From an uncultured bacterium (lineage in GTDB: Bacteria > Bacillota_I > Bacilli_A > Izemoplasmatales > Izemoplasmataceae), in NCBI GenBank assembly GCA_965601565.1, contig CBFCWG010000003.1, positions 21,935 through 85,934 on the forward strand: DNA of 64,000 nucleotides, in the 5' to 3' direction. Every line of letters begins with the position of its first letter. Positions within the stretch are counted from its first letter, which is position 1. The notes below the pieces were generated by a model. That model was not told the DNA's origin and ran no database searches. It saw nothing but the letters and a program-made list of their open reading frames with translations. Positions 27,925 through 38,401 of this stretch are shown piece after piece. Made by a program: the position numbers and the translations under genes.

Positions 27925-29577
27925 CTATTCTACTGCGATTATGTATGAATAAATATCTTGATTACCTTCAATTACTTCAACTTCTACTTCTGGGTAGTGT
28001 GAGTCGATTGAAAGGATTAATTTTTCTAATTCTTTTTCTTCAACAGTTTCACCGTACATTACAGTAACGATTTCACTATCTTCGTTTACTAGTTGTTTCA
28101 TTAAATCACAAACTGTAGCTAATCTTTCTTCATTTGAAGTAACGATTTCTCCGTTGGCAATTCCGATGAACTCATCTTTTTTAATTTCAACACCTTTATA
28201 TTCAGTGTCACGAACTGCGTATGTAACTTCACCTGTTTTTACATTACCGATTAATTCACGCATTTCATTTAAGTTTTCATCTAAATCTTGATTAGAATCA
28301 AACATTGTTAATGAAGCATATCCTTGAGCAATTGTTTTTGCTGGTAATACACTTACACTTCTGTCTTCGATGTATTTTGCAGCATGTTCAGCTGATAATA
28401 ACACATTTCCATTATTTGGAATAATTATTACGTGATCACAGTTCAGGTTTTCTACTGCTTTGATAAAATCTTCTGTTGATGGATTCATTGTTTGTCCACC
28501 ATCAATAATACAGTTAACACCCATTTCTTTGAAAGTGTCTTTTAACCCTTTTCCGTTAACAACAGTAATAATTCCATATTTTGATTTTGGTTTTTCATAA
28601 TGTCCATGATCATGTCCACAGTCTTCATCGTGATCTGTATGTAATAATGTTTCACTATGTTGTAATGTCATGTTTTCAATTTTTAATGTTGCAAAGTTCC
28701 CATATTGTTGTCCAAAGTTTAATACATCCCCTGGAGTTTGTGTATGGATATGCACTTTACAGATTTCTTCATCTGCAACTACAACTAAACTATCTCCAAA
28801 ACGTGAGATACGTTTAGTAAATTTGTCTTTATTAAATTTGTCACCATCTTTTAATTGTACAATAAATTCGGTACAATACCCAAAGTCAGCATCTCCATCA
28901 TATGTTCCGATTTCTTGTGCTACACTTGGTACAGTGTTAAATTTAGAATCTTCAAGAATTTCTCCTTCTAATGCTAAAATTAACCCATCAATAATGACAT
29001 TAAATCCTGCTCCACCACTATCAATAACTCCTGCTTCTTTTAAAACAGGTAGTAAATCTGGTGTTCTATCTAAAGACTCATAAGCCTCTTTAATATATAA
29101 TTGCATAATATCGTAAAGACCTGTGTCTTCATTTACATTTTCTTTCGCTAAGTCTGCAGCTTCTCTAGCAACAGTAAGAATAGTCCCTTCTACAGGATTA
29201 ATTACTGCACCATATGCTTGTTTAACCCCTTGTACAAATCCCTCTATAAATTCCTGTGTTGTTGCTGTTTCTTTCCCCTTAAATACTTTAGCAAATCCAC
29301 TAAATAACTGTGATAATATAACCCCACTATTTCCTCTTGCTCCCATTAATAATCCTCTTGATAATACTTTGGCAACTTTTTCTACACTTTCATCCTCTAA
29401 TGCTCCGATAGCTTTCACACCGCTCATCATTGTTGATTGCATGTTACTTCCTGTGTCACCATCTGGTACTGGGAATACATTCAATTCATTGATTCTTTGG
29501 TGATCATTTCTTAAGGCGATCGTTCCGTTTGTGATTAAAAGTTTTAATAAATTACCATCAATTACAGTTGGGTTCAT
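27925..29577 (-). CDS. fakA: Fatty acid kinase catalytic subunit (DAK2 domain, YloV)
   Basis: INELNVFPVPDGDTG.NM, GARGNSGVILSQ, GYCTEF, GGQTMNPS. Confidence 0.92.
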   Translation of the reverse strand: MNPTVIDGNLLKLLITNGTIALRNDHQRINELNVFPVPDGDTGSNMQSTMMSGVKAIGALEDESVEKVAKVLSRGLLMGARGNSGVILSQLFSGFAKVFKGKETATTQEFIEGFVQGVKQAYGAVINPVEGTILTVAREAADLAKENVNEDTGLYDIMQLYIKEAYESLDRTPDLLPVLKEAGVIDSGGAGFNVIIDGLILALEGEILEDSKFNTVPSVAQEIGTYDGDADFGYCTEFIVQLKDGDKFNKDKFTKRISRFGDSLVVVADEEICKVHIHTQTPGDVLNFGQQYGNFATLKIENMTLQHSETLLHTDHDEDCGHDHGHYEKPKSKYGIITVVNGKGLKDTFKEMGVNCIIDGGQTMNPSTEDFIKAVENLNCDHVIIIPNNGNVLLSAEHAAKYIEDRSVSVLPAKTIAQGYASLTMFDSNQDLDENLNEMRELIGNVKTGEVTYAVRDTEYKGVEIKKDEFIGIANGEIVTSNEERLATVCDLMKQLVNEDSEIVTVMYGETVEEKELEKLILSIDSHYPEVEVEVIEGNQDIYSYIIAVE

Positions 29578-29875
29578 AAAATTTCCTCCAATATATTTTT
29601 ACATCTTATGTTTACTTTTCTAATAACTTTGATTATTTTATCATAATTATTTACTAATTGCAACAATTAAGGCTTTTCCTTAACAAAGCCAAAAACATAT
29701 GTTTGAACACTCATATTTTGAATATCAAAGCATTTAACCAACAACTTGATTTTAACTCATATTATATATAGAAAACAAACTTTTTTTAAAAAATTGTATT
29801 TATCCCTTGATTTTTAGTTCTAATATGATAAAATTATAAATGCTTGAAATTCGTAAATGATTGGAGGTAATCAAT

Positions 29876-30067
29876 ATGGCAAGAGAATGTATAGCAACTA
29901 AAAAAAGAGGTATGAGTGGTAATAACCGTTCACACGGAATGAATGCAACAAAGAGAAGATGGAAGGCTAACCTTCAAAAAGTAAGAATCGTTGACGAAGA
30001 CGGAAACGTTAAAAAAGCATTAGTATCTGCTAGAGCATTACGTAGTGGATTAGTAAAACGCGCATAA
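29876..30067 (+). CDS. rpmB: 50S ribosomal protein L28
   Basis: [22 protein letters not shown]; start ATG 29876 after GGAGG. Confidence 0.95.
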   Translation: MARECIATKKRGMSGNNRSHGMNATKRRWKANLQKVRIVDEDGNVKKALVSARALRSGLVKRA

Positions 30068-30077
30068 ACAGCTTATA

Positions 30078-30102
30078 AGAGCCGAGTTTATCGGCTTTTT
30101 TT
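30078..30102 (+). terminator. rpmB terminator
   Basis: agagccga-gttta-tcggctttttt. Confidence 0.75.
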
Positions 30103-30139
30103 ATGAAATATCTTAAATCTCCCCCCTTTCTTTTAAATG

Positions 30140-30166
30140 AAAAAGCACTCAATTGAGTGCTTTTTT
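30140..30166 (-). terminator. Terminator of the rsgA-rpe-thiN operon
   Basis: aaaaagcactca-at-tgagtgcttttt. Confidence 0.7.
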
Positions 30167-30171
30167 CATTA

Positions 30172-30777
30172 TTATTCAGCTTGATGAATTACTAACAAAA
30201 GTCCTTCAGAAAAGCTTAATTCACCTTTACCTTGATTACTAACACAGACTGAATCATCTATTGACAAGTCATATTTGTCTAACTCATATTCAAACCCTTT
30301 TAATGTTAGTTCTTTCACATCTTCTAATGCAAAGAAGGATATATATTTATACTCATTTTCTATGTTATATGTCCCTGGGTCTAACAAGTAGACTATTTCT
30401 TTTTCAGATACGATTGTAATATCCCCTAATTTCAATAACTGAATATTAGCATATGTATGATCCAATCTACTACCTAAACCACCATATATTGTTATATCAT
30501 TATATCCTCTTTTAAGTGCTTCTTCTACAGCTAAATAGGTATCTGTATAATTCTTCTTAACAGGATATTCTAATATGTCTTTAGCATATCTTTTTATTAG
30601 TTCTAATTCACGAGGTGATGTACTGTCAAAATCACCTAATGCAATATCAAATTTTATTTCGTTTTTCGCAAGAATTGCAGCACCGATATCTGCACCAATA
30701 ACAAAGTCTTCTGATTCAATAGTGAAGATTTTTTTTAGTTCATAATTATTTGGACCTGTTACTATTTTACACTTCAT
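30172..30777 (-). CDS. thiN: Thiamine pyrophosphokinase
   Basis: GAD.GA, GDFDS, KNYTD, GGLGSRLDH; downstream of rpe as in Bacilli. Confidence 0.9.
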   Translation of the reverse strand: MKCKIVTGPNNYELKKIFTIESEDFVIGADIGAAILAKNEIKFDIALGDFDSTSPRELELIKRYAKDILEYPVKKNYTDTYLAVEEALKRGYNDITIYGGLGSRLDHTYANIQLLKLGDITIVSEKEIVYLLDPGTYNIENEYKYISFFALEDVKELTLKGFEYELDKYDLSIDDSVCVSNQGKGELSFSEGLLLVIHQAE

Positions 30778-31406
30778 CGTAAACTATTGATTCTTTCCTC
30801 GGGATTTTCACTATTAAAAACATAACTACCTGCGACTAACACGTCAGCACCTTTTTCTAGACAAAGTTTACCAGTTGTTTCATTTATCCCACCATCAACA
30901 ACAATTAGCAACTCAGGGTTCCATAAATTACGTAAATGAGATAACTCAGCAATTTTGTCTAAAGCACTATCGATAAACTTCTGTCCACCAAATCCTGGTT
31001 CAACACTCATAACCAACACCTGGTCAATAAGTGGAATCAATTCTTTTATAGCGTCTACTTGTGTATTAGGTTTAATCGAAATACCTACTTGAACATCTAA
31101 CTCTCTTAAATACTCAATCATTCCATATGGATCATCAACTGATTCAATATGGAAAGTTATACGATCACTTCCAGCTTTAACAAACTCCTTGGCATACTTA
31201 AGTGGATTAGTAATCATTAGATGTGTATCTAATACTTGTTTCGTATATTGTCTCAACCCTTTAATTACAACAGGACCAATTGATATATTTGGCACAAAAT
31301 GACCATCCATTACATCTACGTGCAACCACTTAGCACTTGAAACCTTTTTAATTGAGTCTTGTAAATTTCCGAAGTCAGCGGATAATATTGATGGAGCAAC
31401 TATCAT
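30774..31406 (-). CDS. rpe: Ribulose-phosphate 3-epimerase
   Basis: APSILSADF, HVDVMDGHFVPN, MSVEPGFGGQKF, VDGGIN. Confidence 0.97.
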   Translation of the reverse strand: MIVAPSILSADFGNLQDSIKKVSSAKWLHVDVMDGHFVPNISIGPVVIKGLRQYTKQVLDTHLMITNPLKYAKEFVKAGSDRITFHIESVDDPYGMIEYLRELDVQVGISIKPNTQVDAIKELIPLIDQVLVMSVEPGFGGQKFIDSALDKIAELSHLRNLWNPELLIVVDGGINETTGKLCLEKGADVLVAGSYVFNSENPEERINSLR

Positions 31407-31416
31407 AAAATCACCT

Positions 31417-32283
31417 CTAGTATTTTGGTTTTTGATTCTTTATTTCATCATAAATATTCTTATAGTTTTCATAACGCGAACGAAGGATGTTACCTTGTTC
31501 AACTTCTGATTTAACTTTACATTTTGGTTCGTTCAAATGAGTACACCCTCTAAACTTGCATTGATTAGATAACTCAAAGAAGTCAACGAAGTTAATCGGT
31601 ACATTTTCAAGTGCTATATCATAAAAATCAAGTTTAGAGAATCCCGGAGTATCAGCTACTAATCCATCATATATTGGTAGTAATTCACTGTGTCTAGTAG
31701 TATGTTTTCCTCGCCCTAATGCTTTTGATATTTCGTTTGTTTCTAAACTCAATTCAGGATTTATAGCATTTAATAAACTACTTTTACCTGCACCAGTTTG
31801 TCCTGCAAATACACTTATTTTGTCTTTAAATAAATCGTTTAACTCATGAACATTTTCCTTTGTTTTACTACTTAAATATGTAACATCATAAAAGTCTTCA
31901 TAATATTCCATTTTCTTTTTCAATACATCTAACTCTTCATTAGTTAACAAATCAATTTTTGTGATTACTATCACTGGGGTGATATCTTCATTTTCAATTA
32001 ACATTAAAAATCTATCTAATAAGTTAAAACTAAAATTAGGTTCTTTTGCACTATTGATTAATATAGCCTGATCTACATTGGCTACAGGTGGTCTTACAAG
32101 GTTATTCTTTCGTTCTTCGATTACCTTAATAAATTCACTATCAAATTGACAAATATCCCCTACTTTAGGGCTTTCATTAATATGTCGAAATTTCCCACGA
32201 GCTTTCAACTCATGAGATTGATTGTTTTCATCTAATACAGTATATAACCCACCTATTAGTTTTGTTATTAGTCCTCTTTGCAA
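31417..32283 (-). CDS. rsgA: Ribosome small subunit-dependent GTPase A
   Basis: TKID, GQTGAGKSSL, GRGKHTTRH, DTPGF, CKFRGC.H..EP.C. Confidence 0.97.
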   Translation of the reverse strand: MQRGLITKLIGGLYTVLDENNQSHELKARGKFRHINESPKVGDICQFDSEFIKVIEERKNNLVRPPVANVDQAILINSAKEPNFSFNLLDRFLMLIENEDITPVIVITKIDLLTNEELDVLKKKMEYYEDFYDVTYLSSKTKENVHELNDLFKDKISVFAGQTGAGKSSLLNAINPELSLETNEISKALGRGKHTTRHSELLPIYDGLVADTPGFSKLDFYDIALENVPINFVDFFELSNQCKFRGCTHLNEPKCKVKSEVEQGNILRSRYENYKNIYDEIKNQKPKY

Positions 32284-32360
32284 GAAATCACTCCTCTTTA
32301 TTATTTATCATACATATTATAACACAAACATATTCAAATGGCGTATCTTATAGAAATTTT

Positions 32361-32378
32361 CAACTAAACCAGTAGTTG
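32361..32378. promoter_or_regulatory. Possible XRE operator
   Basis: CAACTA-aaccag-TAGTTG upstream of the XRE gene at 32442. Confidence 0.4.
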
Positions 32379-32441
32379 TTTGAATTTATGAAATAAACAC
32401 CCTATAATGATAGTATAAACCATTAATCGTGAGGTGAAGGC

Positions 32442-32999
32442 ATGATTGATCTTGAAAAATTTGGTAATATAATCTGTAAAGAAAGATTATCAAGAAATTT
32501 AACACAAAGTAATCTAGCGCAAACATTACTCGTTACACCCCAAGCAGTAAGTAAATGGGAAAGAGGAGATTCATTCCCAGATATCGAGACATTAGTTCAA
32601 TTATGTTATGAATTTGATCTCCATATCGATTACTTATTAAACGAGTGTTTCTTGTCATGTAAATTTAATAACGAGATTACTATGGATAATATCGAGGAAT
32701 GCCTTAGATCTACTCATAGAAAAGAGGCAATTACCAAAATAATGAATAACGAAGTAGATAATATATCAATAGATATGATATTCTACTTACTAAACACACA
32801 CGAAAGATTAATGATAATCAACAAAGTAGTTAAAGAAGAGATTTTTATTGATTTAGCTGAGTTTATTATTTTGTTGAATCCAGCTGAAAGAGTTAGATTT
32901 ATAGATACATTATTTAATAATTCAGAACGATTATTAGAAATTAGACATCTTTTAAGTCCCTTAGAGAAGGATAGATATTATAAGAAGGAGGAATTATAA
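32442..32999 (+). CDS. XRE family HTH transcriptional regulator
   Basis: LTQSNLAQTLLVTPQAVSKWERG.SFPD. Confidence 0.88.
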   Translation: MIDLEKFGNIICKERLSRNLTQSNLAQTLLVTPQAVSKWERGDSFPDIETLVQLCYEFDLHIDYLLNECFLSCKFNNEITMDNIEECLRSTHRKEAITKIMNNEVDNISIDMIFYLLNTHERLMIINKVVKEEIFIDLAEFIILLNPAERVRFIDTLFNNSERLLEIRHLLSPLEKDRYYKKEEL

Positions 33000-33436
33000 T
33001 GAAGATTCATAGTATGTTACCATTTTTAGAAAGAGATGAAATAAATACATTAATTGATCAAGTATTAGAGAAAAAAGTTGATATGAAACTAGTTCATGTT
33101 TTACCATATGCGGATGAGGAAGAAATGAATCATGTATTAGATAGAGCTTTACACGATGATTCAGTTGTAGTTTATGTAAAAGAACTGCTACCTTTCTTAA
33201 ACAAGGAGCAAATGGAAAAACTATATGAAGCCTATGAAGAAGGTCTCATCCAAACAGGAAAAGTTTGTGAAGGTGATATGATTCCTTATTTAGGTAGAGA
33301 AAAGATCAAAAAAATATTTGATGAAAAACTTGCGAAAATGAAACTACATATTAAAGAAGAAATCAAAGACGCTATGAAGGAAGTAAAGAAAGAACTAAAA
33401 CAAGTTTCAAAAGAACTAAAAACCAAAGATGAGTAA
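32999..33436 (+). CDS. Hypothetical protein with internal helical repeats
   Basis: Four LPFL/LPYA/IPYL repeats; 1-bp overlap with the XRE gene. Confidence 0.7.
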   Translation: MKIHSMLPFLERDEINTLIDQVLEKKVDMKLVHVLPYADEEEMNHVLDRALHDDSVVVYVKELLPFLNKEQMEKLYEAYEEGLIQTGKVCEGDMIPYLGREKIKKIFDEKLAKMKLHIKEEIKDAMKEVKKELKQVSKELKTKDE

Positions 33437-33500
33437 TTAAAAACTACTCATTTCACATAAAAAAGACTGTGAATCCAATTGGATTTAACAGTCTTTTAAT

Positions 33501-34445
33501 TTACACTTTGCCTAAATACTCTTCAATTGCAACAGCAGCCATTTTACCTTCTCCAATAGCCCATTTGATTAGAGATTGTCCTCTTCTTGCGTCACCACAA
33601 ATAAAGACATTTTCTTTATCCGTTGTAAATATTTGGGTATCTCGATTATGAATTGAACGATCTAGTTTAACATTAAACGCTGCCAAGGCTTCATCAATCG
33701 GACCTAAGAAACCAATTGCTACAAATACTAGATCACAATCCATTTCCCCTTTTTGATCCTTAAATTCTACTTTTGTCCCTTTTTCATCACGAACAATTTC
33801 TACTTGATCAGTTACTAATTTCGATAACTTACCATCCGCTTCTATAAACTTAACTGCAGTTTTTTGATATAATCTAATTTCATCCTCATCAAAATCATAA
33901 TAACTTTTCTTACGATCAGGACTTGGTGGTGTGATTTCTAATTGTCTAACCGTATTAGCCCCTTGACTTATCGCAGTTGCAACACAATCGTTAGCAGTAT
34001 CTCCCCCACCAATAATTACTACATTACACCCTTTTGCATCAATCTTTAATGGTGTACCATCTAATAGATGTTTAGTATTATCTGTAAGATATTCTAATGC
34101 AAAATGTATATTATTTAACTGACGTCCATCAATGTTGATGTCACGAGCTTTTTCAGCTCCTGTTGCTAATAACACAGCATCAAACTCATTAGCTATTTCA
34201 TTTGCTACTGTTTCTTTTGTGACATGTGTATCTAATATAAACTTTACTCCAAGTTTTTCTAAATTTTCCGCTTTTCTTAATATATTATTTTTATTCAATT
34301 TCATATGAGGAATACCATACATTAAGATTCCTCCTGGGCGATCTGCCTTTTCATAAATTGTTACATCAAATCCATCTTGAACTAATACTTGTGCAGCAGC
34401 CATACCTGATGGTCCTGATCCAATAATAGCAACTTTCTTATTCAT
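33501..34445 (-). CDS. GltD-like FAD/NAD(P)H oxidoreductase lacking the N-terminal Fe-S domain
   Basis: GSGPSG, GGILMYGIP, GGGDTANDC, GDARRGQSLIKWAIGEG. Confidence 0.85.
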   Translation of the reverse strand: MNKKVAIIGSGPSGMAAAQVLVQDGFDVTIYEKADRPGGILMYGIPHMKLNKNNILRKAENLEKLGVKFILDTHVTKETVANEIANEFDAVLLATGAEKARDINIDGRQLNNIHFALEYLTDNTKHLLDGTPLKIDAKGCNVVIIGGGDTANDCVATAISQGANTVRQLEITPPSPDRKKSYYDFDEDEIRLYQKTAVKFIEADGKLSKLVTDQVEIVRDEKGTKVEFKDQKGEMDCDLVFVAIGFLGPIDEALAAFNVKLDRSIHNRDTQIFTTDKENVFICGDARRGQSLIKWAIGEGKMAAVAIEEYLGKV

Positions 34446-34578
34446 AATTTACTCCTTCTTATTTATAAATATTCCTATTAATATTATATAACATTCTACT
34501 TAATATACAAACTAAAATCATAAAATAATTTACTCCTTCAAACAAAAAACACCACAATTGTGGTGTTTAATATTTTTT

Positions 34579-36297
34579 CTAGTTTGGGTGGATAGTATCT
34601 TCTTGAAAATTATCACTACCCCCAGCGTTCAACGAATCTAAGAATATCATTAAGTCATTCACATTGTCAGGAACAACAATATTTCCATAACTCAGTAAAT
34701 CATAAACTGTATTGTAATCATTCTCCCCAAATGTATTAAACCTACTAGAATCTAATGGTAACCCAATTCCAGAATAATCTGCACCCATAATAGATATTTC
34801 AACACTATCAAAATCGCCTTCAAAATGCAAATGTAACATTGCATATGTAGCAACATCTAATCTTTTCAATGCACTTGTGATTACAGTGTCTGAATAATCA
34901 CTCATATCAAAATCTACTCCAATAACCTTCTTATCATTTTCCTCAGCTGCGTGAATTATCGCGGTATTTCCGCCACCACAAACACCAAATATTACTTCAG
35001 TTCCATTTGCATACATTGAGGCGGCAATTGCCTGTGTCGAAGCAGATGCCCAAAACTCACCTGTATATGTATATGATGAATCATTAAATACAATATCTAC
35101 ATCCAGTTCATCAGCTGCATAATAAGCTCCTGCAACAAATCCTATACCATATTTAACAACTGCAGGAACAGCCATACCACCCATAAATCCTAAACTGCGG
35201 TATCCATCCTTTACAGCAGCATAACCAGCTAAGAATCCAGCTTCTTGTTCTCTAAACAATACTGAAGCTGTATTTGTTTTTGTAACAAAGTCTGTATACT
35301 CTGAATTATGTGGAACTCCATCTAAAATAATGAAATCTACTTCAGGATATAAATCCTGTGCAATATATGCTGTTACTTCAAATAAAAATCCAGGTAATAC
35401 AACAACTTCTGCTCCATTAGAAACAGCTAGTTCAACAGCATCCAAAAATGCATCATCACTTATTTCAACAGCAACATAAGTCATTATAGATTTATTATAT
35501 GTAGTGGCATAATTATTCGCTCCTATTAATGCGTTTAGATAGTACTCATCTTCTAATTGATAAGTTAATACTGCTATTTGATATCCATCACTTATTTCCT
35601 CAAACTTACCATATAACATTACGTCTTGAATAAACAACATAGTACTATCAACCAATGTTTCAAAGTCTTCATCTAAATACCAGCCAGTAAACTCATAACC
35701 ATCTACTTCAGGTATTGGTAAAGTCGCTTCTGATCCAAAATTGAAAACAACATCACTTGGAGTTACAGTATCATAACTTCCAACGTCAAATGATAATGTA
35801 AGTTCAATTATACTCCATTTACCATATAGTGTTACATCGCTATCATCCATAGGTCCAAATGTATATTCATTTGTCAATGTTTCATCGGTATACCAGCCTT
35901 CAAAAGTATAACCTTCTTTAGTTGGTTCAAGTTCAATTACTTCTACTCCATAAGCGTAAGTATAAACAGACCCTGAACCTTCAACACCATCATTAGGTAC
36001 AAAAGTAACATCATATTCATTTGGATTCCACTTAGCGTATAAATCTAAATTGCCATTTACCCCTTTTGAAAAATCATATGCGACATTTAATGAACTATCA
36101 GAATACCATCCTAAGAATGTATACCCCGTCTTCTCAGGTTGTGTAGGTTCATTAACTAGTTCACCTTCTAAAACTACAACATTTTCAATCGCAGTTCCCC
36201 CATCAGTATTAAAGAATATTGTGTATTCAGACTTAATTTCTTCACAACCTACTAAAACAAAAATCAATAAACTTGTTAAAATTAATAATTTTTTCAT
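34579..36297 (-). CDS. BMP family lipoprotein with 3 InlB B-type repeats
   Basis: Lipobox VLVGC, PEKTGYTFLGW-type repeats x3, BMP domain (EAGFLAGYAA, GFMGGMAVPAV). Likely start 36297 (ORF track 36351). Confidence 0.82.
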   Translation of the reverse strand: MKKLLILTSLLIFVLVGCEEIKSEYTIFFNTDGGTAIENVVVLEGELVNEPTQPEKTGYTFLGWYSDSSLNVAYDFSKGVNGNLDLYAKWNPNEYDVTFVPNDGVEGSGSVYTYAYGVEVIELEPTKEGYTFEGWYTDETLTNEYTFGPMDDSDVTLYGKWSIIELTLSFDVGSYDTVTPSDVVFNFGSEATLPIPEVDGYEFTGWYLDEDFETLVDSTMLFIQDVMLYGKFEEISDGYQIAVLTYQLEDEYYLNALIGANNYATTYNKSIMTYVAVEISDDAFLDAVELAVSNGAEVVVLPGFLFEVTAYIAQDLYPEVDFIILDGVPHNSEYTDFVTKTNTASVLFREQEAGFLAGYAAVKDGYRSLGFMGGMAVPAVVKYGIGFVAGAYYAADELDVDIVFNDSSYTYTGEFWASASTQAIAASMYANGTEVIFGVCGGGNTAIIHAAEENDKKVIGVDFDMSDYSDTVITSALKRLDVATYAMLHLHFEGDFDSVEISIMGADYSGIGLPLDSSRFNTFGENDYNTVYDLLSYGNIVVPDNVNDLMIFLDSLNAGGSDNFQEDTIHPN

Positions 36298-36421
36298 GTA
36301 TGTAACTCCTCCTTGAAAATAAAAAATCTCAATTGTGTATTGAGATTTCATTTATTATTTTATATCCCAATATACTATATCTAAAATTATACCAAAAATA
36401 ATAGCTTGTTTAAACACTTTC

Positions 36422-38401
36422 TTAATTATTTACTCGATCAAAATAATCAGTTTTAAGAATTTTAATTGATAAATCATAATAACCTTTAGCTAAATTATAT
36501 TTATCATCAGAAATTGTCAATGTTTCATCTGTTATACAGAAAAACTCATTCCCATCATAAACATAATAATCCTTGAAGTATACTAACTGTGTTTGTGTAA
36601 TATCAAACACATCATTTCCGACATACTCATTGTAATTAATATTTAATCCAAACATATTGGCAATAGTTGGAATAACATCAAATGAACTAGATAATCTCTC
36701 AATTTCTTTATGTTCGACATCAGATGACCAAACATAAAACGCACCTTTTTGTTTCTCGTGTATACCTGTTTTTCCAGAAACTTCCTCAAAATCATCTTGT
36801 TTCAACGTATATGGATAGTGGTCATTTGCGAAAATAATTACTGTATTATCTAACTCACCTGTAGCATCTAGTTCTTCAAAAAGTTTTCCCACCATTAAAT
36901 CAACTTCAATTTGTGTTGCAACAAAATTTTTAACTGATTCAGGGATTGAATCCCCATAAAATGCATTCACAGTATCATAATGTTCATGTGCAGCAAGATT
37001 ACTGTCTAAATATGGTGAATGTCCGCTCAAAGTTATCATAAATGAGTAGAATAAATTTTCTTGAATAATTTCCCTGCTAGCCACTTCCCCAAATAATGAA
37101 TCATATCTTTTATCAGTATCAGACATATTAAGATCTTCCTGACCTAAAAATTCATCATATCCAAAACCTTGGTAAACAATATCTCGAGTATAAAAGTCCC
37201 GATTATTACTATGGAGTGCTGTTGTTGTATAGTCTTTCTCATTAAACAATGATGCAATTGAATTATCATAGTTATTTGAATTAAACATATAACATGTTGG
37301 TCCATCGTTAATTGATGGTATTAATCCCGTATTCAATATTACTTCAGTATCACATGTAGTTCTTGGATATACAGGAGTATAGTGATTCTGAAAATCAATC
37401 CCCTCATTTTTTAGTTTATATATGTTTGGTGTAAGTTCTTCACTTAATGCTATCTCATCATAGCTTTCAGCGAGAATAAATATTAAGTTTTTCCCTTTAA
37501 ATATATTCGTGTATTCATTAGATTGATGATTTTTATCATGAGTATCAAAGTAGTTATCAACAAATTCTAAATCTTTCTTAGTACTAACTGACGGAACTAG
37601 TAAACCACCTAAATCACGATACATTAAATCTATCAGTGAAAACTTCGAGGCTAATTTAGTATTATCAAAGTTTGAATAATATAAGTAATGATCACTAGTA
37701 TGTAATCTAGCAGACTTAACAGGATAAGTAGCATTTAAGTTTATTAGCAAGAAAAGTAATAAAGGCAACTCTAAAACAAGTAAGATTTTTTTATCGGATA
37801 AAGATATATGAGTTGTGTTCTTTTGTCTTGTATATAGATATGTAAACAATACAATCATAATGAAATAAATAATATGATAAATACTAAACTGGTATAATCC
37901 TGTCGCAAAATCAGCACCTTCACCGATATTCACTGCATCTTTGAAACTAAAAAGACCTGAAAACAATCCATAATAGATGTCTTGTCCAATAACATATATA
38001 AAGAACAAACAGGCAAAGACAATATCAAAAACACGACTTATTCTTTTGGGTAGTATGACTGAAAACAAAATAATCAAAGATATCCCGAATAGTAAAGTAA
38101 ATATATATACATATGAAATACCATTTTGAATGCTAAGTTTAAATAACATTTCCATTACGAAAAGATAGAAAAATAAAATGATTTTCTCAAAATAATCAAT
38201 AAAAAATTGGCGTTTGGATTTTATTTTATTTCTAATATAATATCCAACTGTAATCAGACTAATTAAAAAGATAGATATAATTAAAAAGGTCTCTACTGTA
38301 TCATTAGTTCCATCTTTCAAAAAGAAAAGGATTCTAACTATTAGTAGAAACACCATTATAAACATACTTATCCCAATTTTTTTATAACAAGACTTATCCA
38401 T
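36422..38401 (-). CDS. LTA synthase family / sulfatase-fold membrane protein
   Basis: 5 N-terminal TM segments; NLIFILAES, T.DTE, SGHSPY, NDH metal-binding motifs. Confidence 0.8.
   Translation of the reverse strand: MDKSCYKKIGISMFIMVFLLIVRILFFLKDGTNDTVETFLIISIFLISLITVGYYIRNKIKSKRQFFIDYFEKIILFFYLFVMEMLFKLSIQNGISYVYIFTLLFGISLIILFSVILPKRISRVFDIVFACLFFIYVIGQDIYYGLFSGLFSFKDAVNIGEGADFATGLYQFSIYHIIYFIMIVLFTYLYTRQKNTTHISLSDKKILLVLELPLLLFLLINLNATYPVKSARLHTSDHYLYYSNFDNTKLASKFSLIDLMYRDLGGLLVPSVSTKKDLEFVDNYFDTHDKNHQSNEYTNIFKGKNLIFILAESYDEIALSEELTPNIYKLKNEGIDFQNHYTPVYPRTTCDTEVILNTGLIPSINDGPTCYMFNSNNYDNSIASLFNEKDYTTTALHSNNRDFYTRDIVYQGFGYDEFLGQEDLNMSDTDKRYDSLFGEVASREIIQENLFYSFMITLSGHSPYLDSNLAAHEHYDTVNAFYGDSIPESVKNFVATQIEVDLMVGKLFEELDATGELDNTVIIFANDHYPYTLKQDDFEEVSGKTGIHEKQKGAFYVWSSDVEHKEIERLSSSFDVIPTIANMFGLNINYNEYVGNDVFDITQTQLVYFKDYYVYDGNEFFCITDETLTISDDKYNLAKGYYDLSIKILKTDYFDRVNN

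Noticed and set aside
29670-29770. Possible small RNA upstream of fakA, including aacatatgtt and a ggcttt/aaagcc hairpin
   Set aside because: Weak -35, no T-tail, and no match to the junction beyond a short palindrome
22722-36421. Purine or TPP riboswitches upstream of the BMP genes or thiN
   Set aside because: Leaders are short or absent and lack the conserved aptamer cores
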